The position numbers and the translations under genes were made by a program. 64,000 bases of DNA from Eledone cirrhosa (Eukaryota): NCBI GenBank assembly GCA_964016885.1, contig OZ024749.1, forward strand, positions 620,001-684,000, read 5' to 3'. Within the stretch, counting starts at the first letter, position 1; each line of letters starts with the position of its first letter. A model generated the notes under the pieces. The model was not told where the DNA came from and made no database searches. It worked only from the letters and a program-made list of their open reading frames with translations. Positions 51,513 through 63,600 of this stretch are shown here, one piece after another.

Positions 51513-52799
51513 AATAGATGCACTTATAAATTACAACCATGCTTGTTGTTTTATATATCTAATACAGCCATATGCAATTTAATTCTTATTCCTGTACTGC
51601 AAGAAACTGCATTATTATGAAGACATTCTTGAAATAAATAAAACAGCACTATGACATCATCACATTAAAAATTAAACTAGTACGTTCCATCATAATTTTA
51701 TGTAAGAACCTTTGTTAAGTTATGTTCCAAACACCAAATTAATAATGAAGTTAATTATAGTACAGAAAATTCTTGATTATTCTTGAAAATATTTAAAACC
51801 ATATGCAGTGTCTTTCATTACAAATATGGTAATAATTGACCAGAACCAGCTCTGGGTTTTTTTGAAAGGAGGCCACTCATTTTAAATTAAAATCTTCCTA
51901 ATTTTATTTAAGAACTATATCTTAGTAATGAAATAACTAATAATTTTAGTGAATCCTTCAAAATTCTTAGTTTATCAATTGAAGCAATGTATTTAATTAG
52001 AAATACATTTGCGTTACTTATAGCTGGTACAGTCCAATGAAATTTAATAACAGTTTAATTATCAACCATAAGACCACACCAAACTCTATTGGGATGGAGA
52101 TAACAGAAAAATAACTCACGTTATCTGTTTGGAATGTGTTGAGAGATTTCAAGCTAGAAAGGAATTAAAATAAAACACTTAAATAACCTTCAAATGCCAC
52201 ATTCTCTAAGGTTTTATTTCATATATTCTGTGATATGGGAATTTCCCCCAGCTCTTTTAACACTTTTGTTACCACTATCAAATGTGTTTCAATTGATATT
52301 GAAAATATTTAAAACTTTTAAGAAATTTTAATAAAATAACATAGCTTCTTTTATAATTTTATAAGTAAGCTGATGTTCAGAATATTAGTTAAAGTTCTTA
52401 CATAATGTATGGTTTTAAATATTTTAAAACAAAGACATTTTTGAATTGTAGAATCAAAGGATGGTTTCAAGTAGTTTGGCATGAAAGGGATATAAATAAT
52501 CTATGATGGCTACCCTCTCTCTCTCCCACTCTCTATCTATCTATCTCTAAGCCACCTATTACCTCCCTTTCCCTCTCACCCATTCCTTCCTCACTCATCT
52601 TGAAGTTCATGAAGAGATAAGACATACTTGACTCTGAAAGGCTAAAATGAATCACTAGAGCTGCTTAACCACGTTCCAGCCATCCATCCATACAAATCTG
52701 TCAGGTATCCGTCTATTTCCCCAATTGCAAATGTTCTGCTCACAATTATTGCTGTATTTATCACTCCGCTAGCTTCCACAACACATTTATTTTTTACCC

Positions 52800-55700
52800 T
52801 CATTTTCTCTACCATGCTGCCTCTCTATCTGTCTATTTTGCCATCAGATGCTACAGGCCATGACTTGGCTACCTACCTCACAATTTCTCTCCCACCCACC
52901 CCCTCACACCACCATAGCCTATTTGACCAATCAAACCTCAGCATGCACACACCCCTCCCACTACCAACCCCAACAAACCCTGCCGTTTCTACTACTACCT
53001 AACTCTCTCCTCCCCCGTCCCAGCCCAACACACCCTGCCATTATTACCACCACCACTGTTCTTCTAGTCCTGAATTCTCCTACCGTTATGTATGGATGAG
53101 CTGAGAATAAATGGAGCAACTCTGAATTAATAGATGAAAATGAATATGAATCTGCGAGCTACCAAGCACCCATGTGAAGCTCCAATTCAGAGACAGGAAG
53201 CACACACACACCCCTGCAAAAATCAACCCTTCCCTACGAATGTTGATAAATGCCCAAAACTCCGAGTTGGTACCATCAATGTAAGCACAATGAAAGGAAG
53301 AGCAGGAGAAATCGTAGCGATGCTAGAGCGAAAGGAAATTGATGTACGCTGTGTGCAAGAGACTAGATGGAGAGGAGAGTCTGCTAGAGTCCTTGTAGGA
53401 AAAAGTCAGTGCTACAAATTTTTCTGGGTGAGAAATGACGATGGGATGGGTGGTGTAGGTATACTACTAGCTGACAAGTGGGTAGATAAAGTAATCTCAG
53501 TGTACAGGGTAAATGCAAGAATCATTAAACTCAGACTAGTCCTGAATAAAACAATTACCACAATAATATCAGCTTACGCACCCCAATCGGGGTTGCCAGA
53601 CGAACTTAAGAATAGGTTTTACGAGTCCCTAATGTACACTACTGCTCTAACAAACGACAATGACTTCCTAATCATCGCAGGAGATTTTAACGGACACTTA
53701 GGTAAACACTGTGATGGCTTCAATAGAGGCCATGGGGTTGGCAGAAGAAATGAAGAAGGATTCAGACTTCTAGAATTCTGCGATGCCAATGACATGTCGA
53801 TATGTAACACAAACTTCAAAAAAACCCGACAACCACCTGATCACCTATAGATCAGGGGAGCATTCTAGTCAGATAGATTTTATCCTCATCAGAGAACGTG
53901 ACAGATGGACGGTCGTAAACACAAAAGCCTTCTCTAGTGAGGAATGTACCTCCCAACATAGCTTAGTTGTCAGCGACCTCACGGTCAGAACTAGACAAAC
54001 CTGGAAACAGACAGAGGCCAACCTGGAGAAGAAAGATCTGGAAGCTGCAAGACCCCTCAACCAGTAACAGATTTAAAGATATTTTACTCAACACCTACGA
54101 CAGTAAAGAAGAACAGATAGAGACATTCAATGTAGAAGAGCACTGGGAGTTCCTAAAAAATAACTTACTAGAGGCGACGGATGAGATCTGTGGCTGAAGT
54201 AAGACCACAAGCAGGAGGAGAGTGATTTGGTGGTGGAACAATGAGGTAGATGAGGCAGTTAAGGCCAAGAGACAGGCATGGAAAGAATGGAAGAACGGGG
54301 GAAGCAGGGTACATTACATAGAGACCAAGAGGGAAGCTAGGCGACAAGTATACTTAGCTAGGAGGGAAGCAGAGGATAGAAAATTCAAGCATGTTTTGCA
54401 ACGTGAGGACCAGAAACAGGAGGTGTTCAAGATTGCGAGACAGTGTGTCAGAGAGAATTGTGATGTCATTGGAGAGAAGTGTATCCGGAATGATAAAGGT
54501 GAGCTTGCCCTCACAAGTGCTGAGAAGAAAGATGCATGGAAGAGCCATTATGATAGATTACTAAATGAGGAGAATGCATGGGAAGAAGAGACCCTACTCC
54601 AAGTAGACCCTATAGAGGGGCCAGCAGTACAAGTCAGCAGCAGCGTAGTAAGTAAGGCAACCAAAGATATGAAGATGGGGTAAGCAACCGGTCCATCGGG
54701 TGTAGCTACCGAGATGCTGAAGGCATCTGGGTCTGTAGGTCACACTATAACCACACGTATTGTTAACCAGGTAATACTAGAAGGTGTCATACCAAAAGAT
54801 TGGTGCAGTAGCATCATTGTCAACTGCTATAAATGTAAAGGTGATGCACTAGATAGAGGAAACTATAGAGGTATAAAGCTGATGGACCAGGTCATGAAAG
54901 TAACAGAAAGAGTTATAGCACAGTTGATTAGGGACCGGGTGAAACTAGATGAGATGCAATTTGGGTTTGTACCAGGAAGAGGCACCACTGATACCCTCTT
55001 CCTTGTGAGGCAGTTACAGGAAAAGTACCTAGCTAAAAGTAAGCCACTCTACCTGGCATTCGTCGATCTCGTGAAAGCCTTTGACAGAGTTCCCCGTACT
55101 ATAATCTGGTGGGCTCTTAGAAAACTAGGAGTAGATGAATGGCTTGTGAAAGCTGTACAAGCCATGTATAGGGGAACAGTCAGCAAAGTTAGGATTAGCA
55201 ATGAGTATAGCGAGGAATTTAGCGTACAGGTTGGTGTCCACCAGGGCTCTGTTCTTAGCCCTCTCCTGTTCATCATAGTCCTGCAGGCAATAACGGAGGA
55301 TGCCCATGGGAACTCCTGTATGCAGATGACCTCGCACTTATAGCTGAATCTATGGTAGAACTAGAGAAGAAATTCCAAACTTGGAAGCAGGGACTAGAAA
55401 GAAAGGGTCTCAAAGTCAACGTGACAAAGAGCAAGGTCCTTGTAAGTAGACGAGAAAACAGAACCCAGATCCCCTCAGGGAAATGGCCTTGCTCAGTATG
55501 TAGGAAAGGCGTAGGTAGGAACTCCATTCTCTGCCCCAAATGCAAACAATGGGTACACAAGCGATGTAGTGGGATCTCAGGAAACTTAACTAAGAATGTA
55601 GGCTTCACATGTAGCAGTTGTGCTGGGACAGCAAGCAGCAAACAGCCACAGGAAACAAGTACCACCAAACTCTGGGAGGGCTCTGTAGAAATAGTAGACA

Positions 55701-56540
55701 GCTTCTGCTACCTAGGTGACCAAATTAACAGCGAAGGTGGGTGTTCGGAAAGTACAATAACTAGGGTAAGAATGGGATGGAAGAAGTTCAGGGAGCTACT
55801 GCCACTGCTAGCTGCAAAAGGCTTTTCCCTCAAAATGAAAGGCAGACTGTATGATGCTGCGTGTATACGAACAGCAATGTTACATGGTAGTGAGACCTGG
55901 GCGCTGTCTGTGGAAGACTTGCGTAGATTAGAAAGAAACGAAGCCTGCATACTCCAATGGATGTGTAATAGTAATATACGCGAACGGCAAAGCATAAATG
56001 AATTGAAAGAGAGACTGAGCATAAGAGGAATCAAATGCTGTGTGCAGGAGAGGCGGTTGCGTTGGTATGGACATGTGATGCGTATGAAGGATGACAGCTG
56101 CATAAAAAGGTGCAGAGCACTAGAAGTCGATGGAAACCACGGAGTGGGGAGACCCAAGAAGACCTGGGATGAGGTGATAAAAGCTGACCTTACCCAATTA
56201 CACCTCTCAAAGGCGATGACACATGACTGTGACCTCTGGCGTCCCGCAGTAATACAGAAGATCCGATCCCCCACAGGTACAAGCCGAAGCTGAAGCATAT
56301 AGACAATACACCCCCACACCCTCCCACTGCAAAGTGGTCGTGGAGGTGCCACGGCAAAAAAGCACCCAGCCCACACTGTAAATGAGGTTGGTGTTAGGAA
56401 GGGCATCCAGCTGTAGAAATAAAGCCAGAATCAGTTCCCATATGAGCAAGACAAGGTCAGCCGACCGGACACTGCCCACAAGACAACCCGTCTAACCCAT
56501 GCTAGCGTGGAAGAACGGACGTAAAATGGTGATGATGATG
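52800..56540 (+). mobile_element. near full-length RTE-clade LINE (APE endonuclease + RT + PHD-like finger), inactivated
   Basis: APE motifs: VGTINV, VQETRW, SAYAPQ, GDFNGH, SQIDFIL. RT motifs: NYRGIKL, QFGF, FVDLVKAFD, VHQGSVLSPLLF, YADD, FCYLG. C-terminal RRLRWYGHV and GRPKKTW, then a (GAT)n tail. Frameshifts near 53825 and 55297 and stops at 54195 and 54681. The 5' boundary is approximate. Confidence 0.95.
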
Positions 56541-56679
56541 ACTATAAGCAAAGAGATATTTAATTTGTTGGTTATTCAACAAATTTATTTATAACAGATT
56601 CGAAGCACTCTACAGTTTTCTTCTGGAGTATAATATCAATGATATTAATACATGGAAACTATCTTTATAAAACCATATT

Positions 56680-56740
56680 TATTTTATTATATATATTTCA
56701 AGGGTACCAAAATTTTGGTACGCACTCATCAGATAAAATA
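56680..56740 (-). ncRNA. minimal type-I hammerhead ribozyme (family A) in the inverted pLTR
   Basis: Minus strand reads TATTTTAT-CTGATGA-GTGCGTACCAAAATTTTGGTACCCTT-GAAA-TATATA-TA^ATAAAATA. Stem I is a perfect 8 bp, stem II is GTACCAAA/TTTGGTAC, and stem III is palindromic. Confidence 0.8.
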
Positions 56741-58073
56741 CAAAAATTGTTTTATAAATATTGACATATCCAAAAACAAGAACTTATCGTTTTAAGTTCA
56801 TTTTGGATAGTGAAAGAAATTTCAAATCTTAGGATGAAATATGTTAATGAGGCTAATAAAATAAATATGGTTTTATAAAGATAGTTTCCATCTATTAATA
56901 CCATTGATATTATACTCCAGATGAATTCTGTAGAGTGCTTCGAATTTGTTATAAATAAATTTGTTCAATAACCAACAAATTAAATATCTCTTTGCTTATA
57001 AATAGCTCCTTCAATGTAGAGCACCTTAAACTATAACAGATTGCAAAAAATTAATAATGGAATTTTTTATGATCTCTTCATCTCTCAAGGATGTACCCTT
57101 ACCAACCAATAAAGAATGTTTGAAACAACTAATAGAAAAATCCGATTATTTCATAAGGAGACTCAGATGGCGCGCTTTCCATTTTGATAAGAAATCGGAA
57201 AATGAAAAAAATATATCTGAATATAACTTTGATCTTATTTTCAAATCCAGGAAAAATCCACCTTTCAACAAACCATTAGCAAAATTTGAAAATGAAATAA
57301 TCTCCATAATACAGAACATTAAATTTAAAAGGAACCAGTATATAGTCCAGGAATACCTCAAAGACCTTAAAAACAAAATAGACAACGTGAATAAAACAAA
57401 GAAGATCCTTGTAAAATCTGACAAAACTAATAATTTATACGGAATAGAAAAGGATAATAATAATTTAATATTAATAATTTAATATTGAAAGAACTTAGGA
57501 AGAACTATAAAAAACCTCTTATGAAGATCTATCAACCCTAAATAAAGAAACTTCGGAAATCATTTATAAATTAGGTATTCAAAATAAGACTGAACCTTTC
57601 ATACCAAGGAAACCGAATATAAATATGAAGGACCACAAAAGAAATTTCGAAGTAGAACTACCAGTCAGACCATCTAAGTCTGATTTAGGCATATTTAGCA
57701 AACATATACGAGATAGGATTATACCAGCACTTAAGCAAAAATCACACCTTAAACTATGGAACAGTACAAATGAAGTAATAGATTGGTTTGCAGACATTAA
57801 ATTAAAACATAAGAAAAAATTTATACAAATGGATATTGCTAATTACAACTCCTCAATTGTCCCTAACTTACTTAATAAGGTACTTATTTATGCTTCAAAA
57901 TATACGGACTTATCTAGTGAAGAAATAAATATCATTTTAACCGCACGCAAAACTCTAATTGAATTTAATAACCATCTCTGGACAAGGGTTGACAGACAGA
58001 ACAATTTCGATATCACAATGGGATCATCTGACTCAGCTTAAGTAACAGACCTCGTTGGAATATTTATTCTTAA

Positions 58074-59305
58074 CGCTTTAGTGTTCAAACCACCTGAAAC
58101 TATTTCCCCTTCATTTGTTCAAACCAAACGAAACCTGCCGATAACACCCACACTAAAATATCGTTCTAAAAATAAACAAACCATCATCAAAATCTCGTCA
58201 ATTCAATATTACTGCGAGATTAGGCCCTTACCACGAAAATTAACACTTAATATAGTGAAACAACTTAAAATGTGTTTTTTTAACGTTGAAAGTAGAACCG
58301 ATTTTTTTGTGTATCATCATGGCTTGTGAAAGTAGCGATACCGACTTTGAAGGTTTTACACACAATGACATTCAGAATAAACAAGAAATAAAAGATAATT
58401 GTTTCTACTTTTGGCACAAGGCCAGCAATTACCCAGTGCATTACTGGTACTTTATTTTATCGACCCCGTAAGGATGAAAGGCAAAGTTAACCTCGGCGGG
58501 ATTTGAACTCAGAATGGCATAGGACCATAACTCTATGCGTCAATAATATTAGTGATTTACCTTCAAATGAATCAGATGTTTACATTTCTGAAATTTCATC
58601 CGACGATGATTGCTGTTTTGAAAGTGAAAACGAAGGAGATCTCCAGGATGCCATTGAAAATATTACAGCAATGATGTTGAAAAATACCACACCAATATAT
58701 GTTCCTGATTTTATTCAAAATACTGGTCCACAACACACATTACTTCCCGATACTAAAGCACTGGATTATTTCTTTTTGTTTTTACCACAAACTTTCTTCG
58801 AAGTTGTGGCAGAAGAGATTAATCGATATGCTCAACAACCGATTTCAAATCGAGGAAAACCCGATCTGTTATGGCGACCGACAGATGCTGCGGAAATGCA
58901 AGCCATTTTTTACCGTAAATATTATGTTCGGTATAAAACAATTTCCAAGACTGTGGAATTACTGGAGCACTGATATAGGGTTTAGTGATCCTTCTATATC
59001 AAGTATTATGCCAAAAACAATGTATTTAAAATTAAACCAGTATTTGCACCTGGTTGATACTTCAAATGCCCCTATGAATTAATTTCACCTGCCCATAAAA
59101 GTCAAATTTAACCAAAAAAAATCAGGTAAAATTATATAATTGTAAATTATTGATATTTTAACATCTGACAAAATTTCAAGCCTGCACATAGAAAATTAAG
59201 AAAATTACAAACAAATAAAATTGATAACCCTCTTGAATATGATTAACTCAAAATAATGCGAACAGATAAGCATGACATTTGAAAATTAATGCGAATGCTA
59301 CAGGG
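58074..59305 (+). mobile_element. internally deleted piggyBac inserted into the Penelope RT
   Basis: TTAA TSD at 58070-58073 and 59306-59309, with TIRs CGCTTTAGTGTTC and GAATGCTACAGGG. Same truncated transposase as 48947-50113. Removing it rejoins LVGIFIL-NVL...GLYRDD. Confidence 0.92.
58400..58542 (-). mobile_element. Nin-like SINE inserted in the piggyBac
   Basis: B box GAGTTCAAATCC and Nin-like GCCTTTCATCCTTACGGGGTCGATAAAAT. ATAAT TSD. Absent from the sister piggyBac at ~49770. Confidence 0.85.
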
Positions 59306-61461
59306 TTAATGTACTACATAGAAAAATGCAAAAGATGGCCAGAGGTTTATATCGCGATGATATGTTACTTATAGTCAACAACCATAGCAATAGCGAACTT
59401 AATAGGAAAAAGAAAAGTATCATAGAATTTTTCAATAATTACAACCTTAAATTAGAAATTGAGAATAATAATAAAACGGTTAACTTCTTAGATGTCACTT
59501 TAAACCTTAGCTCAGGTCTATATTACCCTTTCCATAAGATTAATGAAAATCTAAACAACGTAAGCTTCCATTCTATCCATCCTAGAAATGTAAAAAATAC
59601 TATTGTCAATAGTGTCCAACAACAAATTTCATACATTTCAGCTAATAAAAATATAATAATAGAAACTTAAATTCAAACCCAAACAAAATAAACCAAAATA
59701 ACAATATTAATATTACTAATAACAGTATTAATACTAATAATAATCATACCGTTCCTATTGACAACAACTTTGGAAAAGGTAACTGTAGAAACAAATCAAA
59801 TTGCCCTTTACAGAATAATTGTCTAGATAGTATATAAATGCATAGTAAAAACTAGAGATAAACTATATAGCTATATAGGAGCCACTTCTATAAAATGTAA
59901 AGAACGCTGGTATAATCACAAACATACTTTTAATAGATCAGACAAAAAATTTTCAACATCACTTTCACATCTAATTTGGTACTTAAAAGACAATAATATT
60001 GACTATTCAATCTCTTGGGGAATGATTTTGAAAGCGCCTGCATACCGAAATATGGCTCTCTCAAGAATTTGTCATTTGTGTATTGAGGAAATTTTTCATA
60101 TATTTACCAGCCAAAAACTCTATTAACAAAAAGAATTATTCAGTTCTTGCAGACATCGCCAAACCAAAACATTCAGAAGTATCTATAATCTATAGAAAAT
60201 ATTATCTATACCTCACTTGTTTACACTTAATATGTCTTCACTATGTTTTGTTGATGTTTTGCGATGATTATTAGATGTTTTTCTTTTAAGTGATATTTTC
60301 CAAAATGATACTCTTTTTAAATTGTTTTTAAATGATATTTTGAAATATAACTTTTTTGTGATAGTTCTAATGATGTTTCTGAATATACTTTGGATGTCTC
60401 TAATATTTCTTCCTTACAGACTATATAGACATTAACATATGCACAGATGTAAGTAATGCTATCTAAATACATATATAAAAGAATTTTTATTTTTGAAAAT
60501 ATGTAATACCTTATAATTTATATATAAAAAATGTTCTACATATATTCTGCATATATCTTAATTGAATATTCTTTTAAAGTAAATTCTAGTATAAACGACA
60601 AATTTAACCTATTTTAACTAAAAAAACACACTTAAATACTTCTTCTAAGTAACAACTAAACTTTACATAAATATTAAATTTTCTGTATAATATCGTTAAC
60701 TTACTAAACTTTGTAAATGTATTCCTATCTTGAAATAACTAATAATCTCCTCTAATAAAAATAGAACTACTTCCTTTTTCTTAAATATATATTGAAAATG
60801 TAAACACAAAATTCTTCGAAACCCTTAACTCACAGGAAAAAAACATATATACTCACCAAAATTATTTAGATGAATATTTATATAAATAACCAGTTGTAAT
60901 ATAATAAAATAAAATATACTTACAACCTTAATTCTTCATAAAATATACTTAGAAATATTATATATATATAATATTATAACTCACGATTTGAATAGATCCA
61001 ATAATTAGTAGTATCTCTCAATTTTTTAAATTGGTATTCCACCACTTCAACACATTTATAATTCTCATATATTTTATAGATACTACCAAAATATATAATT
61101 ATATTATATAATTAAATAAATAATTATAATTATATCACTCTCTTTACACTATCACCGATTTGATCCATACAATTATATTTTTATAATAATAGTGTATTTC
61201 TAAATATATTTTTTTCTTATACACATTCCTTATATTTTCTTACACCCTAATATTAATATTAACATCTCTCTCTTCTTCCCTTAAAAATAAAAAAATTAAA
61301 AATTATCCTAGCATCTAAATATAACGATCTTTTTCAACTGTACGTTTAGCCTCATTAACATATTTCATCCTAAGATTTGAAATTTCTTTCACTATCCAAA
61401 ATGAACTTAAAACAATAAGTTCTTGTTTTTGAATATGTCACTATCTATAAAACAACTTTTG

Positions 61462-61522
61462 TATTTTATCTGATGAGAGCATACCAAAATTTTGGTACCC
61501 TTGAAATATATATAAAAAAATA
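61462..61522 (+). ncRNA. minimal type-I hammerhead ribozyme (family A) in the 3' pLTR
   Basis: TATTTTAT-CTGATGA-GAGCATACCAAAATTTTGGTACCCTT-GAAA-TATATA-TA^AAAAAATA. Confidence 0.78.
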
Positions 61523-61923
61523 AATATGGTTTTATAAAGATAGTTTCCATTTATTAATATCATTGATATATAAAACATTTATGAAAGCTATTTATTAGTT
61601 TAATGAACATCACAGCAATATAGTTGAGAGATGGATAGAGAAAAGGATAAAGAAAAGAGAGGAGGGAGGAAGGAAGAGCATTTGTATAAGTCAATACCTT
61701 TTGTTTGACAAAGTAGAAAGTTGTGGTCGTACCTTCTGTAAACATCATCCACACACACACACACATATATATATAATATTATAAAGCTGAGCGTCGTGTG
61801 TATGTATTATGTATGTATCCTACACACCTCCCTATAGTTCCTAAGCTTTACTCTCTCCGTCGCTCTTCCCTCTCTCTATAATAGATCATTACCCCTCTCT
61901 ATAATTTAACTGCTTTACTCTCT

Positions 61924-62123
61924 NNNNNNNNNNNNNNNNNNNNNNNNNNNNNNNNNNNNNNNNNNNNNNNNNNNNNNNNNNNNNNNNNNNNNNNNNNNNN
62001 NNNNNNNNNNNNNNNNNNNNNNNNNNNNNNNNNNNNNNNNNNNNNNNNNNNNNNNNNNNNNNNNNNNNNNNNNNNNNNNNNNNNNNNNNNNNNNNNNNNN
62101 NNNNNNNNNNNNNNNNNNNNNNN
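61924..62123. other. assembly gap (200 N)
   Basis: Run of N. Confidence 1.
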
Positions 62124-62725
62124 ATTAACAACACAGCTTAACTCTTTCTTTTTAAACTCATTTCTACGGTAGCTCCTCCCCATTACTACGAAGTCAGAAG
62201 GACAATGTGACACGGGAGGGTGTGTGGTATCTTTGCAGTGGAGTGGTGGGGGCAGGTATACCTAGCTGGGCGCCAGCCAGATGGGCCATGTAGTATATAT
62301 ATATATAGCAAAGGTAAAATTATATACACATAGCTCAAATGTAGAGAATTATATATGATAGTATATAATTGCTAAGTAGTTTCAGAATTAGCTGAAAGTG
62401 TTTTTATATTACTGGTCTGAAGAAAAGGGAGATTTTAAAGGCAGATATAAACACGGAGCAAATATTAATTTTTAGTCACTCATTATGCCAATGGGTAGAC
62501 TTGAGATATTCCCCATCCTGTGTAAGGTGGGAATTGAATTTTGGATATATTCTGCTTCAATTTAATGTTTTGTTAATTCTCTGAAGATAGAGAAGTGTAA
62601 ATATCATTTTGTAATATCATTTTGTAAGTATAAATCTTGATTTTACGAATTTCCACCTAACATTATTCAAATAATTTGATATACAACTCTCTTGAAACAT
62701 GTGGAAGGAATTAAAAATGATTTAA

Positions 62726-62933
62726 CCCTTTAGCATTTAAACCAGCTGTATCTGGCCAGAATTCTCTCATCTGTTTCTGTTCAAACTGGCTATAACCAGC
62801 CACTCATACAGATGTTAAGGTATAGTTCTCAAAATAAATAATATCAAAATCTCATAGATTCGATATTATGTGAGGTAAAGCCTTTACTATGAAAATACAA
62901 TAGTAAATATAGAGTAATATAAATGCTAAAGGG
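62726..62933. mobile_element. piggyBac-type MITE
   Basis: TTAA|CCCTTTAGCATTTA ... TAAATGCTAAAGGG|TTTAA, a 14-bp perfect TIR. Same family as 3149-3368. Confidence 0.85.
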
Positions 62934-63184
62934 TTTAAAAGGTAATTTATATATATATGCAACAGCAATACCAAGTGGGAGTTTAATCAGGGTGTGTATA
63001 AAGGGAAGGGTGAGCGATATTTTGTCTGATGTTCTGTTATGCCAATCCAACCTGCCACTTTTATTAACAATTAATTTTGAAAATAAACAAGAATTTAGAA
63101 GGATTTAGTAATATAAGTGTAAAATCACAAAGTTTCTTACACATTAAAATGGTTTCAGGTGGTTTGGTATCAAAATAATTATGG

Positions 63185-63600
63185 TTTCTAATTTAAGCAA
63201 AAGATTAATGATTTTGATGGGAGGAGAAAGACAATTATGTTGACCCAATATGTAACTGGTACTTTATCGACCCCGGAAGAATGAAAGGCAAAGCTGATCT
63301 TGGCGAGATTTGAATTCAGAATGTAAAGGGTCATAACAACATGCCACAAAACATTTTGTCAGACACTGTTCCGATACTGCTAATAATTGTTTCTAATTCT
63401 GGCACAGGGCCAGCAATTTGAAGGGAAGGGGAAAGTTGATTAAATCGATCCGTGTGGGGTTACTGGTGCTTTATTTTATTGACCCCATAAAGTTAACCTG
63501 AGTGGGATTTGAACTGAGATTAAATTAGTCACAGTATTTTACTGGTATTTTATTTTATCGACCCCAGAAAGATGAAAAATAAAGTGAGTCATAGTCATCT
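63185..63600 (-). mobile_element. cluster of decayed Nin-like SINEs
   Basis: Three recurrences of ACTGGT...TTTAT(C/T)GACCCC, two followed by GATTTGAA. Confidence 0.7.

Larger units (their letters stand above)
56541..61569 (+). mobile_element. Penelope-like retroelement (RT + C-terminal GIY-YIG), decayed, with inverted 5' pseudo-LTR
   Basis: N-terminal SLKDVP...IRRLRWRA. RT motifs MDIANY, FDITMGS, GLYRDD and VNFLDVTL. GIY-YIG region at ~59780-60170 (CRNKSNCPL..C, YKC...YIGAT...KERWYNHK...LS.LIWYLK...CHLC). Repeats: inverted 56541-56856, sense 56856-57001, and 3' copy 61346-61569. Confidence 0.92.

Noticed and set aside
55708-56406. 232-aa antisense ORF and other ORFs antisense to the LINE or the giant exon
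   Set aside because: Shadow ORFs with no motifs, broken in other RTE copies.
59770-61340. Selenoprotein-type PLE with SECIS element
   Set aside because: The Cys positions I could read in the nuclease region use TGT/TGC rather than TGA, and no SECIS-like stem is evident in the AT-rich 3' region.
61775-61923. Helitron-like 5' end (TATTATAAAGCTGAG...GTATGTATGT)
   Set aside because: It runs into the assembly gap, and no 3' hairpin or CTAG is available to confirm it.
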